Below the pieces are notes generated by a model, which saw only the letters and a program-made list of their open reading frames with translations, searched no databases and had not been told where the DNA came from. The position numbers were made by a program, and so were the translations under genes. This document shows, in pieces, positions 11,671 to 24,102 of a stretch of 64,000 nt of DNA. The stretch lies in the NCBI RefSeq assembly GCF_044704955.1, contig NC_091989.1, positions 85,994,001 through 86,058,000 of the forward strand, written 5' to 3'. The stretch is from Pristiophorus japonicus. Taxonomy: Eukaryota. Each line of letters starts with the position of its first letter. The stretch's first letter is position 1.

Positions 11671-14030
11671 CTATATTTTCAACCCCTTCCCAATGAAACT
11701 CACCATAAAATCATTCTCGGATTCCACCACTACTCTATTACCATAATCACTGTTCTTATACATCCAAAACAAAATATGTAAAATGACAGACCCAACATCA
11801 TTTAGAAATATACTATTCTTCCTAGTGCTTAGCCTCAGGGGCAATCTATAGGTGCGCTTGCGTAATTGAGTGCTTCTACAAAGTGAAACCTTAGTGACAG
11901 TACCAGGTGAGGTGGATCGCTTTTGAGAATCTGAATAGCGTATTTCAGATGTCCACCTGTAATACCCTGGAAAGGTTGTGAGTGATGATGGCCGCGCCTC
12001 AGACTGCACCATCTCAGCATGAGCTTCAGCACTCTGGACCGCCTGGCTGAAAGGCAACAGCAAGAGCAATGGTCGAGTGGTGGGGGAGGGAATAGCAATG
12101 CTGGCATCCGGAGTGAGGCCAGTAGGTTCCTGCTTCAGGATTCCCACGCGATTGCCTCGGGGTCTCTGTTCAGCCCGCCCAGTAATCCGGTGGACGACAG
12201 ATCTGTGATCATCGGAAACACTTTGCAAGCCCCTTTCAACTGAAGCACCGAGAGCCACCATTACAGCGTCCTGAGATTCCATTGCAGCAGTTTGCCGTTC
12301 CATGGAAGCTGCAATCACTGCACAGGCCACTGTAAGTCACCAGCCTCTCCACGCTGTAGGGGATGGGTTCCACTCTCTGCTTCAAGCCACAGAGCCTGTG
12401 GAGGTGGAGGCGGACTCCTGCACTCCCTAGATATGACCCTTAGGCTCTCCGGCAGGCTCACCATTGCACCAAGCATTTGCATTGTCGCACCCATCAACCT
12501 TTTTCTGAAATTTGACCCAGCGAGGCCCTCATGTGACTCCTTACAACAGGACTAGTATGCGACCTGGAAAAACACTCCCACTGACCGCCCCCCCAATCCC
12601 GTGGAAATATGGCACCTGTGGTGACCCTCCATCCTGCGTTGCCGCCGCCTGCTAGTGGCTGGGGCATCCCATTGTGACGGTCCATCTCCTAAGCTAGCCT
12701 CTAAGTTTCACGTGGTGCCGGTTTCTGGCCTGGTGTCTGCGACAGTGGTTGCCATTTGGACAGTGCATTAATCCTCGCTCTCCCATTCCTCTTCCTCCAG
12801 TGAGGGCAGAGATGAGGTGGCTGTTCCTCTTCCTTAATCTGCTCTGGAGGCGAGGTGCATCTTGTTCCTGGACACATGAAATGATAAAGTTAAAAGGGCT
12901 ATGGTGCCATGCGTGTGGCCGCTATATGAGGATTGATGTGATGATAACATATGGAGCACGGTAGTGAGCTTAGTTTCGGGGAAGTCGAGATCAAAAATAA
13001 TTATGCATCTTCAAAGAAGCTGAAGTATCCACATACCTGTAAGCGAGATGCTCCCTGCTCTTCCTCTGGCAATGGTATATACCACTCTCCTCTCGATCAC
13101 TGCCAGCATTCCATCCTGTACGGAATTGACATCATCACGTCATTCTTCGCCTTCCCCATCAGGGCTAGCTGCCACCTTTTATATATGCAGACTGTAGATA
13201 TACTCTCTGTGTAGTCACTGTATAGTTGCATAAGATGGAGACTTGTTACCCTATGTACTATCAATTTTACACTGTGTATATACTATGCTGGCACACTAGA
13301 GGGTGCAACTGGTGGAGACCGGGGTATCCTGCCCCTGTGGCAGAGCCTGTGCACCAGAGCGCACTGCGTGGGAGACCTGAGGGTCACTTGCATAGGTGTG
13401 CAGGGCCCAGTATAAAAGGCTACCCACCATGCTTGTGCCTCACTCTGGAGTTACGAATATAGGACCAAGATCTTTACAGTTTGAGTACAACACATTGCCT
13501 CATGCAGTCATTCATAAGTGCATTACAGACATAATATGTGTTATGTGCTACTTTCTCCAGGAAGAGAAAGAATACTGATAGTGAATGGGTGTATTGGCAT
13601 GGTTACTTGTGTGTGCGTGTAACACCTCACTTGGCTGAAGAGGTCTGAGATGTGAATAGTGCCTGTGAAAGATGCAATAGTACGGGTGCATGAATGTTAG
13701 ATGGTAGGAGAGGTGCACTTTGTTTGCGATGCTGGTGGTGGTGGTGCAGTTCTGAAGAAATGTCTTTGTGAAATGGAATCTTACTTTGACCACTTTTATC
13801 AAGTCATTACATTTCTGTGGCGCTGGAGCCATGTCCTGGGGCCAGGGCCCCTGTCTCTGATGTCTGGTCAGTCGCATCCCAAGTGCACTGCATCAGCTGC
13901 CTGTGTGGCCTCTTTCTGCCCTGTGAATAGAGAACATTGCCCTCCTCCTCTGTACCTCCTCCACCAGGACCTCCAGTGCTACATCAGAGAGCCTGTGCAT
14001 CTTCCCTCTTGTTCCTTGTGACATCTATCC
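11671..14030 (-). mobile_element. Harbinger second gene (Myb/SANT-like DNA-binding protein), degenerate, convergent with the transposase
   Basis: LSDVALEVLVEEVQRRR...KCNDLIKVVK|GTAAGA at ~13780-14010; next exon EKVAHN at ~13540-13558; coiled-coil-like AASMERQTAAMESQ in ORF 11671-12330. Confidence 0.72.
13177..13536 (+). mobile_element. Solo LTR inserted in the Harbinger Myb-gene exon
   Basis: Ends in GACATAATA like the Gypsy LTR at 61288-61501; shares its C(T/C)AGAGGG box, TATA (TATAAAAGG), CACTCT(G/A)GAG and poly(A)-like layout; no internal domain. Confidence 0.65.
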
Positions 14031-15199
14031 ATACCTAGTCTTCAGTGGAAGTGGGTGAGTACAGGCTTTATGTACACCTCCAGGCAAAATGCATCTAATC
14101 AGTGCTTGAGCGGAAAAACTGCAGTTCTCGGTTCCAGCACTTAAGGCACGTTCAAATCATGATAATCATTAATTAATCCTAATAGTGCATGCTAAATCAG
14201 GACTTTTTTTCTGATTAGCGTAGCATGTATTTAACATCTGTTTTTGCTCTATGATCAAAATTATCCTATTCAGCTGACGCAATGAGGAATGGGTCTTAAA
14301 TTAAGCACTATCCACCAAAATGGCGGGTGTCCTCCCTACTGAGCGCTTGCAGGTAAGTTAATTATCAATCAGCACCTTAACGATTTTCCAAGTGACCATT
14401 CCTTGTGGTGGGTTCAACTCTTTTACCTAGATGCGTCTTGTGGCAAATGCGGGCTAAGCCAGCGTTGCAGCTTAAGACCCAATCTGGGACATCACTTTAC
14501 CTCTTTTGCGCCTAACGTAGTCAGCCAATATTGCTCTGGTATTCTTTTCCCTCCATTCATTTAAATGGAAGTAAAGTATTACAAGTACTATTCATAGAAT
14601 GTGATCTATGATCCCTCCGTCCTGGCTACTATAATTCTATTTAATGCGATGGGATATCAATTGGAATGCCCTCTCATATTATGGTGATTCTGAACGAGCG
14701 CCATGAAGTCCACTTGAGGAGCTCACTTAATGCTCCACAATTTTGAGTGTTACCATATTGGTGCCACCATCCACCACCATCCACAGCTCCATCCACCACC
14801 ATAGGCATCGGCGTTAGAGGCCTACAGCAATTTAAGACATCATTTAAATATATATGCAGTGTCTTGGGGCCTGAATTATGGCCCGTTCCTGATTTTTCTG
14901 TCGGAAGCACCTCAAACATAATTTCCGTATGAGACTGCAGTGTGAGGTTGTGAAACAGTCAGGAAGCAGCTTTTAGAAGCTATATTTAAATATATCTTTA
15001 TCTGCATTACGTTGAAGCTCTGATTAATCGGCTTAGGCTGCATGAGTGTTGTTAGGCCAAATTTGCGGCTGTTTTGAATATTATTGCATTGGTAAATTAT
15101 TAGAAGGAGAGAGTTGATGGAGGAGTGTGTACAATTATTTCACTGTTTTTCTTGTAAACAGTTGCTGAACAATGTGAATGTTGCTGGGCTTTCCATTGA

Positions 15200-15745
15200 G
15201 GCTCACCAATGAGCATGAGGGGCAGCAAAATGGATGGCAGCAAAGGCCTACACAAGCTGCAAGAAGATTCGAAGGAGTCAAGGGCGCAGAAGGCCCTACA
15301 ATATGTGGATCTTCGAGAAAGGTTCAGCATAACTGGTTCTTACACAGAAACAGGGCGGATGATGGTGCCGTTTCAACAGGGAGCTTACTTGTGATGTCTG
15401 TTGCAGTAGGAATTGGAGCCCAATACCAGGGTAAGCACTGCATTGCCCCTGAGAGTCAAAGTAATTGTGGGTCCATATTGTTATGCACTTGCAAATTACT
15501 TCTGGTGACATTAGCAGCATCATTCATTTTGTTGAGCACATGGCCGTCCAGTAAGTCTCTAATACATAGTTCGCGAGGCACCAGCATTTCATCGCCCATG
15601 CAGGTTGACAAGTAGGAAGAAAGAGCTATGGAATATAGCCGCATTACTGGATTCCCACATGAGCATGGGATAATAGACTACTCGCACACAGCCCTGCATA
15701 ACCTCCATCACAAAGCAGCTCTGTATATCGACAAGGAGTTCGGTG
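15200..15745 (+). mobile_element. Second, truncated Harbinger transposase remnant
   Basis: LEPNTRVSTALPLRVKVIVG..Y and ITGFPHEHGIIDYSHTAL..AALYIDKEFG correspond to the Harbinger TALP and GFP..G.IDCTH motifs. Confidence 0.7.
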
Positions 15746-17149
15746 AGGCCCGTGCCAGGTCTCAGCCATGCTCAGTCACATTGACAATACTACCACATGA
15801 AATGATTCATGTGACTCAGAAGAGTGCGAACATACAGTGCATCACTACTGATTTGAACTTTTTAATCCAGGTACTTACACATGCTCCATACAGAAACCGA
15901 CTTTTTAAAATAATATTAATGAAACAATCAAGCTAGAGTTAGCACAATGATATCAGATAGATTTAAATTATAGTAAAGAGGAATTTTGAATTCCCAAATT
16001 AATGGATGGGTTCCCAAGGTGGAGGTTGAGAATCACTACCCATTCAGTTCTGACCGTCAGTGTCGCTCACATCAGTGCATGAATGGCTGCTGTACGTTGG
16101 TGCTCTGCTGCAGTACTCTCGGCGACCAGTGATGGATATACGGAGGCGCATGAGCTATTCACCTTGAGCAGACAGAATCCTAGAATGATAAGGAAGTAAG
16201 GAAATACGTTAGGGGGAAGTAGAGAAAATATATGGAATGCTGAAGATATAAATGGTCACAGATCATATGCGGGTTAACAAATGACCGAAGCGAGTTACAA
16301 GAGTCTGATCTGATGGCGGAGTTCGATGATATCTCAAACATGGACTGCTATACTTAAACATGTTGTTAAATGTTGTAAACCCCAGAAGCCTGCAGTCCTT
16401 GTGATTCAGAACGAAGGCAGGGCCACTTTGCTTTGCACATTTGAGAGACCATTCGCACATTTTCTGTTGCTAACCCATGGTGTGAACTGTTTGTGTTTTA
16501 TCTCTAAATTTTCGTACTTATAGATCCAGTTGTCACATAGTTTAATGCTTCCTTCCAATAAAACTGGTTCGAACCAGACACATACACATTCTGCTCTTTG
16601 TCCACCAGTAGCAATTGAGTCTCACACATACACAACCACCAATAATCATTTTACCCACAGGACAAAAGACACATGATTAAAGCAGACTTTTCATAACTTG
16701 GCAGGAAACCTCCAAAACGGATGAGACACATCAAGGGTAATTATATTAAAGAGAATGTTTGGATGCCCACTCCCTGGAGCATTTGGGAAGAGTGTGGCAG
16801 CACTGTGTCCTTTCATCTTTGGGTTCGGAATTGAGATTCAGCCCCGCCTGTGGACGCAAGACCCTTCCGCTGCTAGCTGTAAAGACGTTAATCAACATGA
16901 ATTTCCGCAATCACAGTCAGTAACCAGTGGTGTGAGTCACTGCTTAATTAAGGTGCGGTGATTTCCCACAGTGTGGCTGAGGCGGGCAAAGGACTGGAGC
17001 AATGACTGGAGGAAATTTCGTGAAAGGAGGGCGGGAGCTCTCATTGGAGAAAGTTTTCAGTCAAACATGAGATGAAAATTAACTTGAATGGGTTGTAAGA
17101 GATCAAAATGGAACCAGAGCGGATTCCAGAAAGGAACTGAGTTTTATTT

Positions 17150-18115
17150 CATTTATGGGACTTGGGCGTCGCTGGCAAGGCGAGCATTTATTGTTCGTCA
17201 CTAATTTCCATTGAGAAGGTGGTGGTGAGCCGCCTTCTTAAACCGCTGCAAGCCAAGAGGTGAAGCTACTCCCACAGTGCTGTTAGTGAGGGAGTTCCAG
17301 GGATTTGAACTAGCGACTATGAAGCAATATTCAATTTCCAAATCAAGATGGTGTGTGACTTGAAGAGTAACTTGCAGGTGATGGTCTTCCCATGCGCCTG
17401 CTGCCCTTGTCCTTATAGGTGTTAAATGTCACCAGTTTGGGAGGTGCTGCCAAAGAAGCTTTGGTGAGTTGCTGCAGTACATCTTGTAGATGGTGCACAC
17501 TGCAGCCACGGTGCGCCGGTGGTGGAGGGAAAATGTTTACGGTGGCTAATGGGGTGCTAATCAAGCAGGCTGCCATTCCTGTATGGTGTCGAGCTTGTTG
17601 TGTATTTTTGGAGCTGCACAGATCCGGAAAAGTAGAGACTATTCCATCGCCGATTATTCCTGACTCGTGCTTTGTAGACAGTGGAAAGTCTTTGGGGAGT
17701 TAGGAGGTGAGTCACTCGCCATAGAATGTCCAGCCTCTGACCTTCTCTTTAAGCTACAGTGTGTATGTGGCTGTTCCAGTTTCTGTTCAATGGTGGCCCA
17801 CAAGATGTTCATAGTGGGGGATTCGACACTGAATGTCAAGACCAGGTAGTTGGAACATCTGCTATTGGAGATGATCACTGGCTCGCACTTGTGCGGTGCG
17901 AATGTGCCTTGCCGCTTATCAGCCAAACCAGGATGATGACCAGGTCTTGCTGCATGTAAGCATGGACTGCTTCATTTCCTGAGGAGTGGTGAATGGAACT
18001 GAACATTGTACAGTCATCAGCGAACATCTCCACTCTGACATTATGACGGAGACAATGTTATTGATGAAGCAACTGAAGAGTGTCATGGGATACAGATGAG
18101 GAGCTTCACGGATCA
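17150..18115 (-). mobile_element. 3' portion of a second CR1/L2-group non-LTR family
   Basis: Reverse strand reads VEMFADDCTMF..QQDL..FAPHKC; 3' end AATAAATGCTCGCCTTGCCAGCGACGCCC; same family as 41750-42300. Confidence 0.75.
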
Positions 18116-19929
18116 AACTGTTAAATGTAAAGCGGGGAGCCGGCTGAGAAGCTTCAAAACATCTGCTCTGTTGATGGAAGGGTATGCAGAAGTATCATTC
18201 TAAATCTCCTGAGTGACGGGGCCCGACTGCCCATTAATGATTGGGGCTGGTAACTGGAGTGCTTAGATTAGATTCCCGACTAAAGGCCGGCCCGACTCCG
18301 CAGTCTGAGTGGATTCCCTCTTCAGTGCTTGTCACCACCGCCCACACCGATGGTGCAGCATCACATAGAAGCTCGCCTGTAAATTAATAATTGTACTCCT
18401 TCCCTTGATTGGCCACAGAAGCTTTGCTCCGGGAGATGGGAGTGATTTATATCTTCCTTGTCTGCATAATCAGTTCCCATTTGGTAACTATGGTAATGTT
18501 TACTACAATCCAGGATTGTGCCCGGTGTAAGAGCCCTTCAACAAGGATTCTGAGAGTGTTCTCTGTGGACCATTTCCCAGTGTTGATGTTGTGACTGGGG
18601 CAGGACCCGGGTAGTCTCCCAAGGAGACTGGAGTGCACACTATCATGGTTCTTCCTGTTCCTCACAGTAACTGAGCGGTGACTCCATTACTGTCCCTATT
18701 CTCAGTAACATTCTGCTCTGATCACAGCCTCACGTTCTTCCCTTATTGTTTATGAATTAGAAGCATTAATTTGATGGCTATCCATTATATTCGTGGATTA
18801 GGTAATAGGAAATTAACCTTAAAAATATCTAAAAGAAGACAAATCTGAAATTCATTATGTTTATTTAATTCGTTTTACAACGTCAGCGAACAATGGCGTG
18901 TTGACTGTTTAAAGGCCAGACAATGTCAGAAACAGAATAGAAAGTTTCCTCTTCAAATCCTGCCCTTTCCTAATTCTTTCTTGGGGTGGGGAAGAGGAGC
19001 GCGGTTGCCCCCAAGTTTGATATTCAATGTGGAACCCAGTCAGTTGATGGGCTGCCTCACCCTCCATCACAGACATGGATGGAGTAGGATCATATATCCC
19101 TGGTAATAATCCATTCCCATGCACTATGAATGTAGAACAAAAATTACTCGACTTCTACTATCTAGCAATTGAAAGTTTATCAATGACATTGAGTTAAGTT
19201 CGAACAGGAGAATTGTTAGTGATGCGAGGCTGCCAAAATACATTTGGTGACGGTTTCGGCTGGCTTCTGGGAGCATGAAGAATTAACAATAAGCAATTGG
19301 TCACAATGAAAAATCTGTATAACATCAGACCGAATGCTTGCCCCATCAAGCACACGGACAATGTGTTGGATAATGATAAAATATCTGAACAGTGCGTTTT
19401 GTACAAAGGAAACTCAAAATGCATTGGTTCCTGGTTCCACATAATTGTAATTAATCTTCTGGCAAGGCGCACAGTGCCAGTGTACTAATTTTTGCATCAA
19501 ACAGGGTTTATAAGAGATCAGGCTCCAATGATGTGTGTGCTCGTGTAATGTAATAAACTTCCATGCACGTGATCACATGAAATGGGTCTGAACTTCACAA
19601 CAACTACAAATGCAAGAACCAGCAGCCCAGCAGCCTGATGCACCTAAAGCTGGCGAAGGAGATGGTTGAGTAATTGTCCAGAAATATAGGAGTTGATCTG
19701 TAGTTCGGGGGAGGCGGAGAGGGAGGTGGGGGGAGCCATAATAGCAGAAATATCCAGGGTTGAAATCATAGCGTGAATTTCCTCGTTATTTCCTCCGCTG
19801 CTATTCCGTAACTTCGGCAATCGTCTATTTAAGCGTGCACACTTTTGGTCAAAGTTACAACAGCAGGCCTGTAAAAGCTCAGAATTAATTTACTGCTCTG
19901 GTCTGCTGAATGAACGTATTGTAGCCGAG

Positions 19930-20262
19930 AGCGGGGAATGGCAGGGGCAGGGCAGGGGCAGGGCGGGGAGGGCAGTGGGCAGGAGCAAGGGAGGGGAAGG
20001 GCAGCAGGCAGGGCAGCAAGCAGGGCAGTGGGCAGGTGCAAGGAAGGGGCAGGGCAGCAGGCAGGGCAGCAAGCAGGGGCAGGGCAGCGGGTAGAGGGAC
20101 GGGCAGGGCAGAGGCAGTGTAGGGACAGGGGCAAGGCAGCGGGCAGGGCAGAGGCAGAGCAGTGGGCAGAGACAGGGGCAGGGGCAGGGCAGCGGTGAAA
20201 GACAGGGGTAGGAGCAGGGGCAAGGCAGCGAGCAGGGCAGAGGCAGGGCAGTGAGCAGGGGC
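19930..20262 (+). repeat. G-rich (GGGCA/GGGGCA)n degenerate minisatellite
   Basis: Dozens of GGCAG/GGGGCA units; accounts for the Pro/Cys/Ala/Leu and Gly/Ala/Gln pseudo-ORFs. Confidence 0.9.
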
Positions 20263-20514
20263 CGTGGTAAGGCCAAGAGCAGGTGTTCTCCATTTGGACG
20301 TGATGATCTTGAGTTCGGGGAAATAGCGACCAGTCAGTGTTAATGCTTCTGACATGTGCCTAAGGCCAGATGTTGAAATGCTTTGATATACAAAGGGTTC
20401 TGTACCTCTGGGATCTCATTGCTTGAGATCATCCATAAAGACTAGCCATTTACTTAGATATCAGAACATTGCCATCAACTAGAAAGCAGCAAGCACTAGT
20501 AAAGCAGGAGAAAC

Positions 20515-20656
20515 ATACACACACACCACACACACACAGTCACACACACAGCACACACCTCACACACATAGCACATCACACACACGCACACACACATGCA
20601 CCCCGCACCACCACCCACCGCCACCGCCCCCCCCCCCCCCCACACACGCACATACA
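20515..20656. repeat. Interrupted (CA)n microsatellite with poly-C run
   Basis: Direct reading of the sequence. Confidence 0.9.
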
Positions 20657-21015
20657 TGTCTATTCGGTATTAGTTAATCTGTTCATATATAGAAAGAAAA
20701 TAAACACACGTTACAATACAAGTTAGCTCTCCGGCAGCATCATAATCATCGCATGAGCATTTCAAACACAATTAGATGTCTGTGCCGTGAGTCAGTTCAC
20801 AATTTGGGTGATTAGATTCAGAGATGGAAACTATTGATTCTGGATTCGCATTGTGCTAGAAAGTTATACACAATGGGTGTGAGTGTGCAACAGTGAGGGA
20901 GAGATATGTACGCGGACATGACAGTGAGCGCGTGCTGAGAATGGGTGTGTAACACAGAGCGAGTGATGTGTGACAGTGATAGAAGGATGGGAGTGGGTGT
21001 ATAACAGTGAGTATA

Positions 21016-23615
21016 TAAAGGGCAAAAAACGTTAGTGGGAGTTATGTACAGACCTCCAAACAGTAGTAGTGATGTTGGGGAGGGCATCAAACAGGAAATT
21101 AGGGGTGCATGCAATAAAGGTGCAGTAGTTATCATGGGTGACTTTAATATGCATATAAATTGGGCTAACCAAACTGGAAGCAACTGGAGGAGGATTTTCT
21201 GGAGTGCATAAGGGATGGTTTTCTAGACCAATGTGTCGAGGAACCAACTAGGGGGGAGGCCATCTTAGACCAGGTGTTCTGTAATGAAAGAGGATTAATT
21301 AGCAATCTCGTTGTGCGAGGCCCCTTGGGGAAGAGTGACCATAATATGGTGGAATTCTACATTAGGATGGAGAATGAAACAGTTTACTCAGAGACCATGG
21401 TCCAGAACTTAAAGAAGGGTAACTTTGAAGGTATGAGGCGTGAATTGACTAGGATAGATTGGCGAATGATACTTAAGGGGTTGACAGTGGATGGGCAATG
21501 GCAGATATTTAGAGACTGCATGGATAAACTACAACAATTGTACATCCCTGTCTGGCAGAAAAATAAAAAAGGGAAGGTGGCTCACGCGTGGCTATCAAGG
21601 GAAATCAGGGATAGTATTAAAGCCAAGGAAGCGGCATACAAATTGGCCAGAAATAGCAGCAAACTCTTAGACTGGGAGAAATTTAGAACTCAGCAGAGGA
21701 GGACAAAGGGTTTGATTAGGGCATGGAAAATGGAGTACGAGAAGAAGCTTGCAGGGAACATTAAGACAGATTGCAAAAGTTTCTATAGATATGTAAAGAG
21801 AAAAAGGTTAGTAAAGACAAACGTAGGTCCCCTGCAGTCAGAATCAGGGGAAGTCATAACGGGGAACAAAGAAATGGCGGACCAATTGAACAAGTACTTT
21901 GGTTCGGTATTCACTAAGGAGGACACAAACAACCTTCCGGATATAAAAGGGGTCAGCGGGTCTAGTAAGGAGGAGGAACTGAGGGAAATCCTTATTAGTT
22001 GGGAAATTGTGTTGGGAAAATTGATGGGATTGAAGGCCGATAATCCCAAGGGCCTGATGAACTGCACCCCAGAGTACTTAAGGAGGTGGCCTTGTAAATA
22101 GCGGATGCATTGACAGTCATTTTCCAACAGTCCATAGATTCTGGATCAGTTCCTATGGAGTGGAGGGTAGCCAATGTAACCCCACTTTTTAAAAAAGGAG
22201 GAAGAGAGAAAACTGGGAATTATAGGCCGGTCAGCCTGACATTGGTAGTGGATAAAATGATGGAATCAATTATTAAGCAGCGCAGTTGGAAATAGGTGAC
22301 ATGATAGGTCCATTTCAGCATGGATTTGTGAAAGGGAAATCATGCTTGACAAATCTTCTGGAATCTTTTCAGGATGTTTCCGGTAGAGTGGACAAGGGAG
22401 AACCAGTTGATGTGGTGTATGCACTTTCAGAAGGCTTTCGACAAGGTCTCACACAAGAGATTAATGTGCAAATTTAAAGCACATGGGATTGTGGGTAGTG
22501 TGCTGATGTGGATTGAGAACTGGTTGGCAGACAGGAAGCAAAGAGTAGGAGTAAATGGGTACTTTTCAGAATGGCAGGCAGTGACTAGTAGGGTACCGTA
22601 AGGTTCAGTGCTGGGGCCCCAGCTGTTTACATTGTACATTAATGATTTAGACGAGGGGATTACATGTAGTATCTCCAAATTTGCGGATGACACTATGTTG
22701 GGTGGCAGTGTGAGCTGCGAGGAGGATGCTATGAGGCTGCAGAGCGACTTGGATAGGTTAGGTGAGTGGGCAAATGCATGGCAGATGAAGTATAATGTGG
22801 ATAAATGTGAGGTTATCCACTTTGGTGGTAAAACAGAGAGACAGACTATTATCTGAATGGTGACAGATTAGGAAAAGGGTAGGTGCAACGAGACCTGGGT
22901 GTCATGGTACATCAGTCATTGAAGGTTGGCATACAGATACAACAGGTGGTTAAGAAAGCAACTGGCATGTTGGCCTTCATAGCGAGGGGACTTGAGTACA
23001 GGGGCAGGGAGGTGTTACTAGAGTTGTACAGGGCCTTGGTGAGGCCACACCTGGAGTATTGTGTACAGTTTTGGTCTCCTAACTTGAGGAAGGACATTCT
23101 TGCTATTGAGGGAGTGCAGCGAAGGTTCACCAGACTGATTCGAGGGCTGGCGGGACTGACATATCAAGAAAGACTGGATCAACTGAGCTTGTATTCACTG
23201 GAGTTCAGAAGAATGAGAGGAGATCTCACAGAAACGTTCAAAATTCTGATGGGTTTAGACCGATTAGATGCAGGAAGAATGTTCCCAATGTTGGGGAAGT
23301 CCAGAACCAGGGGTCACAGTCTAAGGATAAGGGGTAAGCCATTTAGGACCGAGATAAGGAGAAACTTCTTCACCCAGAGAGTGGTGAACCTGTGGAATTC
23401 TCTACCACAGAAAGTTGTTGAGGCCAATTCACTAAATATATTCAAAAAGGAGTTAGATGTAGTCCTTACTACTAGGGGGATCAAGAGGTATGGCGAGAAA
23501 GAATGAATGGGGTACGGAAGTTGCATGTTCAGCCATGAACGCATTGAATGGCAGTGCAGGCTCGAAGGGCCGAATGGCCTACTCCTGCACCTATTTTCTA
23601 TGATTCTATGTTTCT
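21016..23615 (+). mobile_element. 5'-truncated CR1/HER1 LINE inserted in a GTGTAACAGTGAG-type degenerate minisatellite
   Basis: Endonuclease and RT fragments (ORFs 21274-23506), TTCTATG tail; closely similar to 8174-9253; similar low-complexity repeat on both flanks (20870-21015, 23620-23710). Confidence 0.92.
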
Positions 23616-24102
23616 ATTGGATGAAAGCCGAATGTGATTGTGTAACAATGAGTGAGATATGGGTATGGGTATAGATAAGTGAATCCTGGGTGTGTGTAGC
23701 AGCGAGTGGCATTTTCATATTCTGTAATATGATTTAATCTTCCTACCGTGAGTCCTATGATAGGTTAGAAATTGGAGAATGAACGAAAAGTGACTAGACT
23801 CCAGGGAAACACACCGTTCTAGCATATAATATCACAAAAGACGGATTCTATCTGAGGTGGCACGTCGGTTCCTTTTGTTTGGTTTGTTCTACTCATATTT
23901 TGTGCAGTGACTATCTGAACTAAGTATTAAAGGCGTCTGATTTCAAATATTCCACAATGAGGGTGGATCCTACCATAATCACAATTAACCTCGACCGGAA
24001 ACGGCACAGCCTGATGGTATGGAATAGGTCAGCAGAGGTTGATGGGAAGCAACAGAAAGAGAATGTAAAAGAGTTTATTGAGAAGCAGCCGACAGGGGGA
24101 TA

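Noticed and set aside
19829-20355. Cys/Pro-rich 128-156 aa ORFs (keratin-associated/metallothionein-like)
   Set aside because: Open in several frames only because of the stop-free GGGCA repeat.
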